From: Synechococcales cyanobacterium VAR_4_metabat_354
GTDB taxonomy: Bacteria > Cyanobacteriota > Cyanobacteriia > Cyanobacteriales > Chamaesiphonaceae
Reading direction: 5' to 3'
Assembly: GCA_031414775.1 (NCBI GenBank)
Contig: JANOQI010000046.1
Location: 96,001 to 160,000, forward strand
DNA: 64,000 nucleotides
Shown: positions 51,114-61,706 of the stretch, one piece after another
How the letters are laid out: every line of letters begins with the position of its first letter
Numbering within the stretch: the stretch's first letter is position 1
Position numbers and translations under genes: made by a program
The notes under the pieces: generated by a model
What the model was told of the DNA's origin: nothing
The model's input: the letters and a program-made list of their open reading frames with translations, nothing else
Database searches by the model: none

Positions 51114-52778
51114 TTAGCGATCACCAGTTCGGGAGTTAATAGCTTTCCATAGCGGCTGTGGCCACCAAAAAGGGTGATTCCAACTGTGTGGAGGATCAGA
51201 TTGTCCTAAGACTTGAGTGCGCCAGCGCTCCCACATAACAATTAACCACAAAATCTCGCCCATCCGCCGTCCTTGTATCACACCACCAAATTTGCCACTC
51301 ACCAATCGATCCGCTAAATCCGGCTGCCAGCAACCAGCTTGCTTTAACACATGGGGATTGAGCCAAGTGCCTAGTTCTGACCATAATCCTGGTACTAGCC
51401 AGGGCGTGAGCGGCACGCCCATCCCGCGTTTGGTACGCCAAACAATTTCGGGCGGTAGTAAGTTATCTATGGCTTTTTTGAGGATATATTTTTCACAAGA
51501 GCCTTGCAAATGCAGGGTGCCGGAAACTCCAAATGTCCATTCAGCTAGGGGCAAGTCACAGAATATCGATCGAACTCGTAAACCATGCCAACTAGCCAAA
51601 TTACTAGCACGAGGCTGGATATTTTGGGCACCTTTCAGCATCAAGGTCGCTCGGCGCAGGCGGTGGAGCAAATCATTTGTCCAGCCTGGATCTAAAGCAG
51701 CATCAACCCAATCATGAGGTTCCGGCAACTGGGAGATAATTTGTGGCTGGAAAACTTGGGCTGTGTAGCCGTATAAACGATGAAAAGTCTGAAGATAATG
51801 CTGAGTAAAATCGGCAGCACCACCGTAGATACTGGCTGCAATCAGGGGTTTATTTGTCCAGCCTCCAAACAACTGGTCACCACCTTCACCATTAAAAATT
51901 ACTGATACTTCAGAACTGGCTGCTTGGCATAATAAATAGAGTGGAACCGTCACCCCATCGCCAAAAGGCAGATCTAGTGCTTGAGCCGTGGCATCGATCG
52001 ATCTCTTCACTAACTGTGGATTGACCGGTACTTTGCGAAGGGGAATTTTCAGATGGGTGGCGACTTGGGCGGCGTAGGGCAGTTCGGAAACACCGTATTC
52101 ACCAAAATCTAGGGTGTAGGCCAAGAGTTTGATGCCGTTCTTGACCAATAGTGCTGCGGCGATCGAAGAATCTAAACCACCGGATAGTAATACTCCTACC
52201 GGTTCGTCTGGTAAATCCTGAATTTGACGTTGGATCGCTAGCTGCAATAGATTTTGCAGTTGATCGATCGCTATATTTTCATCAGTTAGCTGGGTCGGGG
52301 ATTGTTGCCACTGCTGTTGATGGATAATTATGGGTGGTTGATTGGTTGCCGACCATTGTAATTCTTGTCCGGCTGGCACTGAGTGAATACCGGCGATCGG
52401 AGTCAACGGATTGGGGACGTAGGAAAAGCAGCTATAGCCGTAGAGGGCTGCGTGATCGATCATTGGCTGTGCCAGTAGTGGCAACAGTAGCCGGATATGA
52501 GACGCAAAGTAGATGGTGGTATCAATTTCTGTCCAATACAGAGTCAGACAACCAAACGGTTCCCGCCCCAGAATCAAACGATTGTCTTGTTGCCGCACCC
52601 AGATATTCGAAGCCAGTCCTGATGACGAAAGACCCTGCGGCTGGTTGGTAAGAGGCTGAATATTTTTTGCTTTTATTCCAGCTCGCTGGTATAAAAGCTG
52701 CACAGATGGGGCTTGCCCCCAATAGCCCACTAGTTGCTGAGCTGTAATTACTACACCACTACAAATCTCTTGCCCCAT
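51114..52778 (-). CDS. Asparagine-synthetase-like ATP-dependent amide ligase with degenerate glutaminase domain
   Basis: LSGGLDSS PP-loop, GEGGDQLFGG, EKYILK, R.K.GM..P; REPFG in place of RD.FG; no N-terminal Ntn Cys. Confidence 0.85.
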   Translation of the reverse strand: MGQEICSGVVITAQQLVGYWGQAPSVQLLYQRAGIKAKNIQPLTNQPQGLSSSGLASNIWVRQQDNRLILGREPFGCLTLYWTEIDTTIYFASHIRLLLPLLAQPMIDHAALYGYSCFSYVPNPLTPIAGIHSVPAGQELQWSATNQPPIIIHQQQWQQSPTQLTDENIAIDQLQNLLQLAIQRQIQDLPDEPVGVLLSGGLDSSIAAALLVKNGIKLLAYTLDFGEYGVSELPYAAQVATHLKIPLRKVPVNPQLVKRSIDATAQALDLPFGDGVTVPLYLLCQAASSEVSVIFNGEGGDQLFGGWTNKPLIAASIYGGAADFTQHYLQTFHRLYGYTAQVFQPQIISQLPEPHDWVDAALDPGWTNDLLHRLRRATLMLKGAQNIQPRASNLASWHGLRVRSIFCDLPLAEWTFGVSGTLHLQGSCEKYILKKAIDNLLPPEIVWRTKRGMGVPLTPWLVPGLWSELGTWLNPHVLKQAGCWQPDLADRLVSGKFGGVIQGRRMGEILWLIVMWERWRTQVLGQSDPPHSWNHPFWWPQPLWKAINSRTGDR

Positions 52779-53396
52779 CTATTTCACGTCGAAGGGCGCT
52801 TGTTTAATTAATCGATCGCCAGTTTTGATTTGAACTTGCCAAGCACCATTAGCGGCATCCAATGGCAATTGATAGCGACACTGGGTATTCCAGACCGGAG
52901 TAGTAATATTTTTGGTCTCGAAGCGATTACTGTGGGCGATTTGACCAGCGGGATCTAGCCAATTGCAGTTGAGGGCTAGTTTTTCGCCCACCGGGGCATC
53001 ATTCAGCGTAACGAGGTAAGCCAGATTATTACCCTTGTTGACTACTTTTAAATTTGCGCCCTGATCAGGTGTCAAAGTGATCCGATCGCTACTAGCGCGA
53101 ACTTTACTAATGGTCTGAGATTTGTTTTGCAGCCACAGCAAGGGAGCAATTACCAACAAAGACCCGACGACAGCCCCGGCGATCGCCATTCTAATAGTAC
53201 GTTGACGCTGCTTGACTAAAGCTTCTTGGCGACTGATCTGGATCATGGCATCATCCAGCAATTCCGGTGGCAGATTGAGTTCGATCAGAATTTTTTGAAC
53301 TTCCGACTTATCTAATTCATCTTGTTCGCGGTTAGCCAATCTCTCGACTTCACCGACGATCTGCGTGAGTTGTTGAGTGGTTAAGCGCTTTTCCAT
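52779..53396 (-). CDS. Membrane-anchored protein with C-terminal Ig-like domain (DUF3859-like)
   Basis: Helical N-terminus, one TM segment, L.CNW.DP.G, G.WQV, F.V end; stop abuts the next ATG. Confidence 0.7.
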   Translation of the reverse strand: MEKRLTTQQLTQIVGEVERLANREQDELDKSEVQKILIELNLPPELLDDAMIQISRQEALVKQRQRTIRMAIAGAVVGSLLVIAPLLWLQNKSQTISKVRASSDRITLTPDQGANLKVVNKGNNLAYLVTLNDAPVGEKLALNCNWLDPAGQIAHSNRFETKNITTPVWNTQCRYQLPLDAANGAWQVQIKTGDRLIKQAPFDVK

Positions 53397-53513
53397 GATG
53401 TTTGTATTCTGCTGGTGCTTTCATTATAGATCTGCACCACCGAGTCCCACCAATGTAATGGATTTGCTAGACTGGGAAGTGCCCAGGATGCCGAATTTTT
53501 GCAGGTTATTTTT

Positions 53514-55022
53514 ATGACACTCTCGATAGCTTCGCTTGCGCCTCAGGCGATCGATCACAAAACCCTCCTCCGCTCCCAAGAATTATCTAATCTGCAATAC
53601 CAGGCTAATTCTGTCCATTTTGATGAAACCTGGCGAGCGCCGTTAGCCACATTACTGGGCTTAGGTCGTTCAGCGGGGGCGGACTTGGTGGAATTCTTTT
53701 TAGAAAAAGTCAATTACATTAGCTGCATGGCTGAAGATGACACCATTACCAGCGTTAGCCCCCGCTTATCGACTGGAGCCGGGGTGCGGGTATTTGTGGG
53801 TAAATCTGATTGCTATGTCAGTACTAACGATCTGTCGTTTAAGGGTTTAAAGCTAGCGCTGGAGAAAGCTTTGGGCATTATGGGTCTACATTTGCCCACC
53901 CCTCAAGCTTATATCCCAGAAATCAATTTGGAATGGCTGCGCGACTATGCCGTGAAGGGCAAAAAAGAAAGCTGGATTGCGGCTTGTAGCCCCATGCGCG
54001 AGATTGGCGATGTGCTGCTGTCTGCTAATGCCCAATTGCAAAAGGAAGCCAGCCATACTCAATCCCGGCGGGCTGTTTACTTCCGCGACTGGCAAGAGAT
54101 TTTGGTCGCCGCTAGTGACGGCACTTTTGCTCGGGATATTCGCCTGACGCAATCGGTCGGTTATAACTTGCTCTGTGCCGATGGTGCTAATCGATCGAGC
54201 ATTGGTCAAAGAGTTGGTAATACCAGCGACCCCCAGTTTTTGCTGAACTGGAAATACGACGAAACAGCGGCGGATGTCGCCGAGTCAGCGGGTAAGATGC
54301 TCTATGCCGACTATGTAGAATCCGGCAGCTATCCAATTATCATGGCCAATAAGTTTGGCGGCGTAATTTTCCATGAAGCCTGTGGTCATTTGCTCGAAAC
54401 CACCCAGATTGAGAAGCAAACTACGCCGTTTATGGACAAGAAGGGTGAAAAAATTGCCCACGAAAGCCTAACAGCTTGGGATGAGGGTTTATCGGGTCAG
54501 GAATTTGGTTCGATCGAAGTCGATGATGAGGGAATGCCCGTCCAAAGGACGTTGTTGATTGAGAAAGGAATTTTGAAGAATTTCATCTCCGATCGAGCGG
54601 GTTCAGTGCGGACAGGTCATCCTCGGACGGGCAGCGGTCGGCGGCAGGGTTTCAACTATGCGGCAGCCAGCCGGATGCGCAACACTTATATTGCCCCTGG
54701 GGACTTCAGCCTTGATGAATTGTTTGCTTCAGTAGACAAAGGCATTTATTGCAAAAAGATGGGCGGCGGGAGCGTTGGTGCTACTGGGGAGTTTAATTTC
54801 TCGGTAGATGAAGCTTATTTGGTGGAGAACGGCAAAGTGACCAAGCCATTGAAGGGAGCAACTTTGATCGGGGAGGCCAAGGAAATCATGACCAAAATCT
54901 CGATGTGTTCGCAGGATCTGGGTTTGGCAGCAGGTTTCTGTGGTTCAGTCAGTGGCAGTGTTTATGTAACTGTTGGTCAGCCCCATATTAAGGTTGATGA
55001 AATTACGGTGGGCGGCAGATAG
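53514..55022 (+). CDS. tldD: TldD-family metalloprotease
   Basis: [29 protein letters not shown]...V.VGQP. Confidence 0.9.
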   Translation: MTLSIASLAPQAIDHKTLLRSQELSNLQYQANSVHFDETWRAPLATLLGLGRSAGADLVEFFLEKVNYISCMAEDDTITSVSPRLSTGAGVRVFVGKSDCYVSTNDLSFKGLKLALEKALGIMGLHLPTPQAYIPEINLEWLRDYAVKGKKESWIAACSPMREIGDVLLSANAQLQKEASHTQSRRAVYFRDWQEILVAASDGTFARDIRLTQSVGYNLLCADGANRSSIGQRVGNTSDPQFLLNWKYDETAADVAESAGKMLYADYVESGSYPIIMANKFGGVIFHEACGHLLETTQIEKQTTPFMDKKGEKIAHESLTAWDEGLSGQEFGSIEVDDEGMPVQRTLLIEKGILKNFISDRAGSVRTGHPRTGSGRRQGFNYAAASRMRNTYIAPGDFSLDELFASVDKGIYCKKMGGGSVGATGEFNFSVDEAYLVENGKVTKPLKGATLIGEAKEIMTKISMCSQDLGLAAGFCGSVSGSVYVTVGQPHIKVDEITVGGR

Positions 55023-55024
55023 GG

Positions 55025-55065
55025 TTTCAGCTGCGCTCAGCCTAATAAACTGATGTCTGAGCGCA
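55025..55065. repeat. Small dispersed palindromic repeat between convergent tldD and tamB
   Basis: TGCGCTCAG (55032-55040) pairs with CTGAGCGCA (55057-55065); shares GCTCAGCC with the insert at 26293-26313. Confidence 0.5.
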
Positions 55066-55105
55066 ATAATTTCTGGAGGTCAGGTCGGTATTATTACGCC
55101 AACCA

Positions 55106-58100
55106 TTAAAACCGCTGCTCAAACTCCATCAGGATCCGGCCATCACCACTAAAATTAGAAGAACCGCGCAGTAATAGCTGATTATCAAGCTGGTAACGAA
55201 CACTATATTGTGGTGGATCCGAACCGGTGAGAATCTGGAATAGAGATAGCGACAGCTTGTCACTAACATTAATGCCAACTTCTCCAGCTAAACCCAGGGT
55301 AGAAGTTGTGCTACTTTTACTCTGAGAAAAACTGGGGTACAACCGGAAATCGCTTAACCCCAACAAATCCCCCACAGAAGCTTGTAAATCCCCAAAAGAA
55401 CTTAGCAGTGAAGTACCAGCTAAGCTTAGCAAACCATTGCCCACTGCTTCTTCACCAGCAGTAATCTTACCCAAACCATTGCTGAGTAGCAATAATATTT
55501 CGTCTTTACTGCGGGGTGGTTTACTCCGTAAAAATTCGGCATCATCTAGCTTCAGTTGGCTCAGCGGTAAATCTTTGATTGTTGCTTCAATCTGGACACT
55601 TTGCACTTGCCCTAAGCTAGTAGAGAAAGTATCACTGACTTCGCGGCGTTCATTTCCCACCGTTACTGGCAAGCGCGAAGTTTCTAACACTTTCGTCGAT
55701 AGGTTGAGATTAACATTGGCATCGGTACTACCATTGAATTTTGCAACATTATTGTCGCCTGTTAACCTAAACTTATTCGTAAATAAATTAAACTGGCCTC
55801 GAGGTAAATTCAACTTGCCGGTGGGTATCGGTCGATCGATCGTACCATTGAGATTCAGTTCGCCATTGGCCAGCAAACTAAGTAAGCCAAATTGTTCAAG
55901 AGCTACTTCTTCACCCAAAACCACCTTCAAATCTTGGAACTGTACCGGGTTATTTTCGTTTGATGTAGTTGTGCTAGATGAATTAGCTGTAGTTGTGTTT
56001 TGGGAGTCATCATCACTACTGCCACTCTGGCTGGGCAAGATTACTTTACCCTTAGCTAGTTTGATATTCCCCCCAATGATAGGCTTGGTAATACTACCTT
56101 GTCCTAAAACTACACAACCACTAACTCCTCCTTCATATTTGTCTTTGAGGTTGACCTGTACATTATCAAAAGAAACAGCTAAAGGCTGTTCTGCGGATGG
56201 AATTGGAACATTAGCTGACTTGTCTAGACAAGTTGCTGGTTGATTGAAGGATAGTAGGTTGTTAATGGGAATACTGCCTACCGCTGTCACTGGAGTATTA
56301 CCATACTTACCGTTTAGCTTATCTACTTGCACTCGATCGAAGTCAAATATGACATTGCTATTGAGAGCGGTGACGTTATCCGAAAGTGAGTCAAACTTGA
56401 TTACGGCATCTTGCAAGTTAGCCGATCCATTAGCACTCTTCCAGGTCAGATTTTGCTGATTGAGTCTACCTTTAGCTGCTAAGTCAACCTGACCACTACC
56501 ACCCATCCACAGTGCCTGCTGTTGGGTCAAGACATCTAGCATTTTCATGCCTTGATCTTGGAGGTGAAGATTGAGAGAAACTTCATTGTTAGTTGGTGCT
56601 ACCGAGGCAAAAGGTAATTGATAGGGAATGCTCCCAGAAATCTTAATCGGTGATTCACTAATCCCACTAGCAGTATTATTGGTATTTATAGTGTTATTTG
56701 CTACTACACCATTGCTATCAAACTGGAGTCGAGATTTAGCATATGAAAAATCGGTGTTGATGACCGGTACATCAGATTGATTGAACTTGCCATCAACAAT
56801 TGAGGCTGTGCCAGATAGCTGTGGATCGAACCAGCTACCACTTAGCTGTGCTTTCAGATTTATATCCCCAGAAATTTCTACTGGTAGTTGGAAAGCGGTG
56901 GAGAGCCGCTCGATCGGGAATTTTTCGACTTCGATTTGAGCCGCCTGTCGATCGATCCCAAAATCCCCTTTCACTTTGATCTTGGCATTGGTAGATAGTA
57001 AATCTAAAGCGGCTAAACTCAATGCCCCATTCTGCCATTTGCCTTGCATATTGACTTTGGCAAGTTGGTATTGATCGACAATCCACCGATCACCCTTGAT
57101 ATTAAAGCTGGCATAGGAGCCAGCTTGCGGTGTATCGCTAACGACAATTGTGCCAGTAAAATCTCCATCTAATTTACGCAAATCTGGTAGCGGGTTGTCC
57201 TGTTGCAGTTCTGATTGAGCCACTTGCAATCGCTTGATTTCCGATAGTCGATCGATCTGCTCCTGAAGGCTAGTCAATTCCGAGCCAGCTGATTGGGGTT
57301 GTAAATCGCTGGCGCGGCCATAATCTCGATCGCTAAAAGGATTGATCAGATCGCTGATTGAAGAGATTTGAAAGAGGTTACTCACATCAGCTAACTGACC
57401 ATGGGGCACTTGGACTGTTACTTGATATTCAGGCTGTTTGCTAGTGGTGGATACCCGCGCCGTGATCAGATATTGGTTGCTGCCGCGCCGAAACTCTCCA
57501 CCATCAACTTCCAATAGCCCATTAACATATTTCAAACTGCTACTTTGCAGTCGATCACCAACTACATTACCAATGCGGGGCTGATCAACCACAATATTTT
57601 TGCCAGTAACGGCTCCACTAGCCAAATTAACGCTCATGCTACCACCGATCAAACCACTCAATCGATAGTTGTCAATTTGGGGCATGGGGGGCAAGAAGCT
57701 AATTAGTAAGCCCACTGGAATATTTTGGGTGGTGACTTGCAAGTCATTGCCAACCATTTGACCTTGAGCAATGGCATCAGCTAGGCGAGCAGCGAATCGG
57801 AGGGGCTGATTATTTTCACCCAAATTCAGTTCTAGGCGATCACGCTGACCAGCTAAGAGCAAATTTAATCCCTGTCCAGGTATAGTTTGGATTTGACCAG
57901 TTAAATTTGGCTCTAGGTTCAATTTCGCTAGGCTAAGACCAGTCAAACTAATTTGACTATTCACCTGCCAGTTGGCCGGATTAAAAGAGTCAAAATTGCC
58001 TGCTATTTGACCAACGGCATTGAGTTTCCCGGCTTGTAGCTGTTGACTCAACATACTATTAGGCAACAATTTAGCTACAGTAGGTAGGTCTAGCTGCTCG

Positions 58101-61100
58101 GCACTAAATTGCCCTTGCCAAGCTCCGTTAGCTACCTGTCCGGCCGTTAGCTGAATACGACCATTACTTAACTCTAGTTGGCCGGAGCCAGAGCCAGTTA
58201 ACTGCTTGGTATCAAAGGATTTCAAGTTGCCACTTAATTCAAAATCGCTGGTCAGTTTGGCACTTTTCCAACCAGGTGGTAATGGTAATGGCAGTTGGGC
58301 GAGGGATACGGCCTTGGTTTGAAATTCACCATGCCACTGATCGCCAGTTAGTTGGAGGTTTTTAGCAACAATCTCACCACTAGGTAACCGAAAACGGGCA
58401 CTGCCTTGTGCTGTTTCGACGCTGGGTTGTTGTAGTTGACCAGCTAACTGAAATTGGCCATCCATTTGAGCTGAAGATAAATTGTCAGAGAGATTCAAGG
58501 GCAACTGCTGGAGTTCGATCGAACTCAATCCAAACAAGCCCTGCCATTTACCACCATTGACTCTCAGACCCTGAGCCGTCATAACGCCCTTGCCTAGGTT
58601 TAAGCGACCATTGCCTACCAGATTCAGACTATCGGGTGTAAAGCGATCAATCTGTCCACTAGCTTGAAAATTACCAGTAACCGTGGCCGCTGACCAAGGT
58701 TTCGGCAAATCGGCATCAATACTACCCAAGCGTAAGGCCGCTAGTGATAAATCGCTTTGCCAACGACCAGCCTGGAGCTGAAACTGCTTGGCGACTAGTT
58801 GGCCACCACCAGCATTTTGCAGCTGACCGCTGCCAGTAGCTTGCAAGTTAGCGGCATTCATTTTTTGTAAGTCACCAGCCAGATTGAACTTACCACTCAA
58901 TTTACCGCGCACGTTGGGAGTAAATTGGCTAACTTCTAAATTTTCGGGAGTAAATTCACCTTGCCATTTTCCACCGCGCAGTTTGACATTACTAGCCACC
59001 ACCTGACCAATTGGCAAATGGAGAATGCCGTTACCCTGTCCCTGAATAGCGTTGGGAGTCAGCTTTTGAATATCACCATTGAGGTTGAACCGTCCACTTA
59101 GCTGGCCTTTAGTTCGGGGATTAACCTGACCCAGATCGAACCTATCGGAACTAAATTCGCCTTGCCACTTGCCCTGGGCGAGCTGGATATTTTGGCCAGT
59201 AATTTTTCCTTGACCCAGCACGATCGATCCATTCCCGATCGCTTGCACTGTCTCGGGGCTAGTCTTATTCAAATTTCCCGTTACCCGAAATTTACCGCTG
59301 AGCTTGCCAGGTAATTTCGGATCGATCTGCGCTAGCAGCAGCTCATTAGTTTGGATATCGCTCTGCCACTGGCCTTGTCCGAGCCGGAAATTAGTAGCTT
59401 GGATGATACCAGCTTTAGTCTGGAGCTGAAGTTGACCTTGGCCTTGCAGGCTATCACTATTTCCTTTGGTGAGGCCACTGATCAGCATCTGGCCGCTGAC
59501 TTGCCCCGCTAAGAAAGCCGGTAGTTTCGGCGCTTGGCCTGGGGCTGCTGGTGCCAGATTTGCTAATGTTTGACTATTGAGCTTGGGGATCTGGACATTC
59601 ATCCGCCAGCGCTCTCGATCGACATTCCCCACGCCCACGATTTCCTGACCAGCAACCTTGACCCGAGCCTGTTGAATTTGGACATTACCCTGAGGCGAGA
59701 TCCGCAGATTGGCACTACCGGGATAGGCTGCTTGCGGCGCATTAATCTGGAGGTCGGTGGTTAGTTGATCGATACTACCAAAAACTTGACCAGTGACACT
59801 GGTAAGACCCATGGCGATCGGCAGCTGCTGACCATAGGTTTTCGCCAAGACATTGGCCGGTAATTGATTGCCCTGGATATTAAAGCGGAGTTGGGGCTGC
59901 CCGGTAAGAGTGATTTCACCATTGCCGATGATGGCACCGCCCAAATTTGGCAAAGCCGAAATACCACTAAGTAAGCATTTCTTGTCTTGAAGAATAAAAT
60001 TACTAGCAACTTGCTTAAACTGTAATCGATCGATCTGTGCCGCTCCGATAGTTTGTACCTGACCAGAAAGAACTGGCTCGGTGAGTTTACCCTTCAAAGC
60101 TAAGTTGGCTATTACCTGACCAGCGATCGGAACTGGCGATCGAACTTTCAGTGCTTGAGCTGCCAGCGCTACTGGTACCGGGGCGATTTGGGCTTGGAGA
60201 TCGTAGCCCTGTTGGAAATCGATGGTGCCAGCAATCCTCCCAGGTAATTGACCGTAAAGTGTAGTTACATTTTGGAGCTGCACGGCTTGGGGCAAAATCT
60301 TGACCGTGCCACTAGCCTGTTGAAACAACTGTGGCACCTGATTAACTTGAAAAGTAGCTTGGTGAACTTGAACTGTCCCCTGCACCACTAGTGGCTTTTG
60401 CGGCTGGATATCGATGTTAATATTGCCATCTACTAGGCCGCTTTGAAAATCCACTGCCGGAATTTTCATTAGACCCCGCGCTTGAGCAACATTAAGCGCT
60501 TGACCATTAATTTCTACATGCGTAGCTTGAGTAACTAAAGAGCTATTACCCTTGATCGCAATTGTGGATTTTTGATTATTTTTAGTACCTTCTAAACTAT
60601 CAACTTGCCCAGTGCCATTAAAGTTGACTACCTGAATTTTGCCATCTTTACTTTGAAAATTAGTGCTCAGATCGGTGTCTCGAAAACTGATTGGCTTTTT
60701 AGTACTAAATGGCACTACCGTGCCCCGGGCTTTCTGAATATGGACAGCCTGAATTTCGGTTTTTATTAATCCCGGTTTTTCGGGTGGTTGAGTAGGGATT
60801 TTCAGCCAGTTGCCCTGGGCATCTTGTTCTAAATATAAATCTGGTTCCAGAATAGTAATATCTGGCTTTAGTGTGCGCTGCCAAAGGACTGCAAGGGGGT
60901 CAAAACGGATGTTAACGCCCTTAATGGCAACTTTACTGGCACTGGTTCGATTAGCGGCCAGACTGGATGCCCCAAAATTAATTTCGTTGAGACCGATATT
61001 TTGAAGTTGGCCGAGGCTGACATCTCGATCGAGAGATTTACTCAGTTCCTTAGCGATTGTGGGGGATAAATTTCGGGCAACCCAGGTGCTTAGTCCTAAA

Positions 61101-61240
61101 AAGCTGATCGCCCCAACTCCCAGCACACTCGCCGTCGCAATACCACCAATTTTCCACCAATTTCGATCAGCAGGAGACGATCGATCGGCACTACTATTTT
61201 CTGGATTAGGGGAATTGACTTGTTTACGGAAGATGCTCAT
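55106..61240 (-). CDS. tamB: TamB/AsmA-like (DUF490) envelope-spanning protein
   Basis: N-terminal TM anchor, about 2000 aa of Gly-rich beta repeats, C-terminal LRS.PPRS..EI..LL, FRLYP, YSVRY, FEQRF. Confidence 0.88.
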   Translation of the reverse strand: MSIFRKQVNSPNPENSSADRSSPADRNWWKIGGIATASVLGVGAISFLGLSTWVARNLSPTIAKELSKSLDRDVSLGQLQNIGLNEINFGASSLAANRTSASKVAIKGVNIRFDPLAVLWQRTLKPDITILEPDLYLEQDAQGNWLKIPTQPPEKPGLIKTEIQAVHIQKARGTVVPFSTKKPISFRDTDLSTNFQSKDGKIQVVNFNGTGQVDSLEGTKNNQKSTIAIKGNSSLVTQATHVEINGQALNVAQARGLMKIPAVDFQSGLVDGNINIDIQPQKPLVVQGTVQVHQATFQVNQVPQLFQQASGTVKILPQAVQLQNVTTLYGQLPGRIAGTIDFQQGYDLQAQIAPVPVALAAQALKVRSPVPIAGQVIANLALKGKLTEPVLSGQVQTIGAAQIDRLQFKQVASNFILQDKKCLLSGISALPNLGGAIIGNGEITLTGQPQLRFNIQGNQLPANVLAKTYGQQLPIAMGLTSVTGQVFGSIDQLTTDLQINAPQAAYPGSANLRISPQGNVQIQQARVKVAGQEIVGVGNVDRERWRMNVQIPKLNSQTLANLAPAAPGQAPKLPAFLAGQVSGQMLISGLTKGNSDSLQGQGQLQLQTKAGIIQATNFRLGQGQWQSDIQTNELLLAQIDPKLPGKLSGKFRVTGNLNKTSPETVQAIGNGSIVLGQGKITGQNIQLAQGKWQGEFSSDRFDLGQVNPRTKGQLSGRFNLNGDIQKLTPNAIQGQGNGILHLPIGQVVASNVKLRGGKWQGEFTPENLEVSQFTPNVRGKLSGKFNLAGDLQKMNAANLQATGSGQLQNAGGGQLVAKQFQLQAGRWQSDLSLAALRLGSIDADLPKPWSAATVTGNFQASGQIDRFTPDSLNLVGNGRLNLGKGVMTAQGLRVNGGKWQGLFGLSSIELQQLPLNLSDNLSSAQMDGQFQLAGQLQQPSVETAQGSARFRLPSGEIVAKNLQLTGDQWHGEFQTKAVSLAQLPLPLPPGWKSAKLTSDFELSGNLKSFDTKQLTGSGSGQLELSNGRIQLTAGQVANGAWQGQFSAEQLDLPTVAKLLPNSMLSQQLQAGKLNAVGQIAGNFDSFNPANWQVNSQISLTGLSLAKLNLEPNLTGQIQTIPGQGLNLLLAGQRDRLELNLGENNQPLRFAARLADAIAQGQMVGNDLQVTTQNIPVGLLISFLPPMPQIDNYRLSGLIGGSMSVNLASGAVTGKNIVVDQPRIGNVVGDRLQSSSLKYVNGLLEVDGGEFRRGSNQYLITARVSTTSKQPEYQVTVQVPHGQLADVSNLFQISSISDLINPFSDRDYGRASDLQPQSAGSELTSLQEQIDRLSEIKRLQVAQSELQQDNPLPDLRKLDGDFTGTIVVSDTPQAGSYASFNIKGDRWIVDQYQLAKVNMQGKWQNGALSLAALDLLSTNAKIKVKGDFGIDRQAAQIEVEKFPIERLSTAFQLPVEISGDINLKAQLSGSWFDPQLSGTASIVDGKFNQSDVPVINTDFSYAKSRLQFDSNGVVANNTINTNNTASGISESPIKISGSIPYQLPFASVAPTNNEVSLNLHLQDQGMKMLDVLTQQQALWMGGSGQVDLAAKGRLNQQNLTWKSANGSANLQDAVIKFDSLSDNVTALNSNVIFDFDRVQVDKLNGKYGNTPVTAVGSIPINNLLSFNQPATCLDKSANVPIPSAEQPLAVSFDNVQVNLKDKYEGGVSGCVVLGQGSITKPIIGGNIKLAKGKVILPSQSGSSDDDSQNTTTANSSSTTTSNENNPVQFQDLKVVLGEEVALEQFGLLSLLANGELNLNGTIDRPIPTGKLNLPRGQFNLFTNKFRLTGDNNVAKFNGSTDANVNLNLSTKVLETSRLPVTVGNERREVSDTFSTSLGQVQSVQIEATIKDLPLSQLKLDDAEFLRSKPPRSKDEILLLLSNGLGKITAGEEAVGNGLLSLAGTSLLSSFGDLQASVGDLLGLSDFRLYPSFSQSKSSTTSTLGLAGEVGINVSDKLSLSLFQILTGSDPPQYSVRYQLDNQLLLRGSSNFSGDGRILMEFEQRF

Positions 61241-61606
61241 CCAAATTTACAGCCAAATGACGTTACAACCTCACACATCAGTGGGTTTAAGAATAAACTA
61301 CATGCCCAACTGGTATTGAAATTTATTAGGAGTCTTGATCGTTGCTAATTAAAATAGCATTGACTTAGTCCTCTCTCCAGGATACCCACTTTTGGCGACA
61401 GTAACCTATTTTCACTAGTTTATATCTTTTATGGGCGGCAGTTTTCTCTAAAGTATTACTACTTCTGGTAATGGGCAAATTCAGCCACATACTGCATTCT
61501 TGAGCTAGCCATTCTAATTCTGGTCTTGTTGGATTTTCGCTGCTTCAGTATTGAATGATGACTAGAATTTATCGTATCGCTGAATTCATGTTTTTTGCAC
61601 AAGCCG

Positions 61607-61642
61607 CAAAGAATCCCCTGTGTTTGTACAGGGGATTCTTTG
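61607..61642 (-). terminator. Stem-loop terminator downstream of the 62390-61707 gene
   Basis: CAAAGAATCCCCTGT-GTTTGT-ACAGGGGATTCTTTG, perfect 15-bp stem. Confidence 0.75.
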
Positions 61643-61706
61643 TTGATTAAGAATTGGCTAGTCTTAACTTATCAACGACAGATAGTGTTAGCCATTTGCC
61701 TAATAG

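Noticed and set aside
51114..52778. Lasso-peptide cluster interpretation of the AsnB-like gene
   Set aside because: No precursor peptide, RRE/PqqD protein or transglutaminase-like peptidase is visible nearby
55437..56459. Long plus-strand ORFs inside tamB
   Set aside because: Antisense shadows of tamB with Ser/Leu/Pro-rich composition
61280..61320. AACTGGTATT resembling an IS630-type end upstream of tamB
   Set aside because: Too short; no partner repeat or transposase remnant identified
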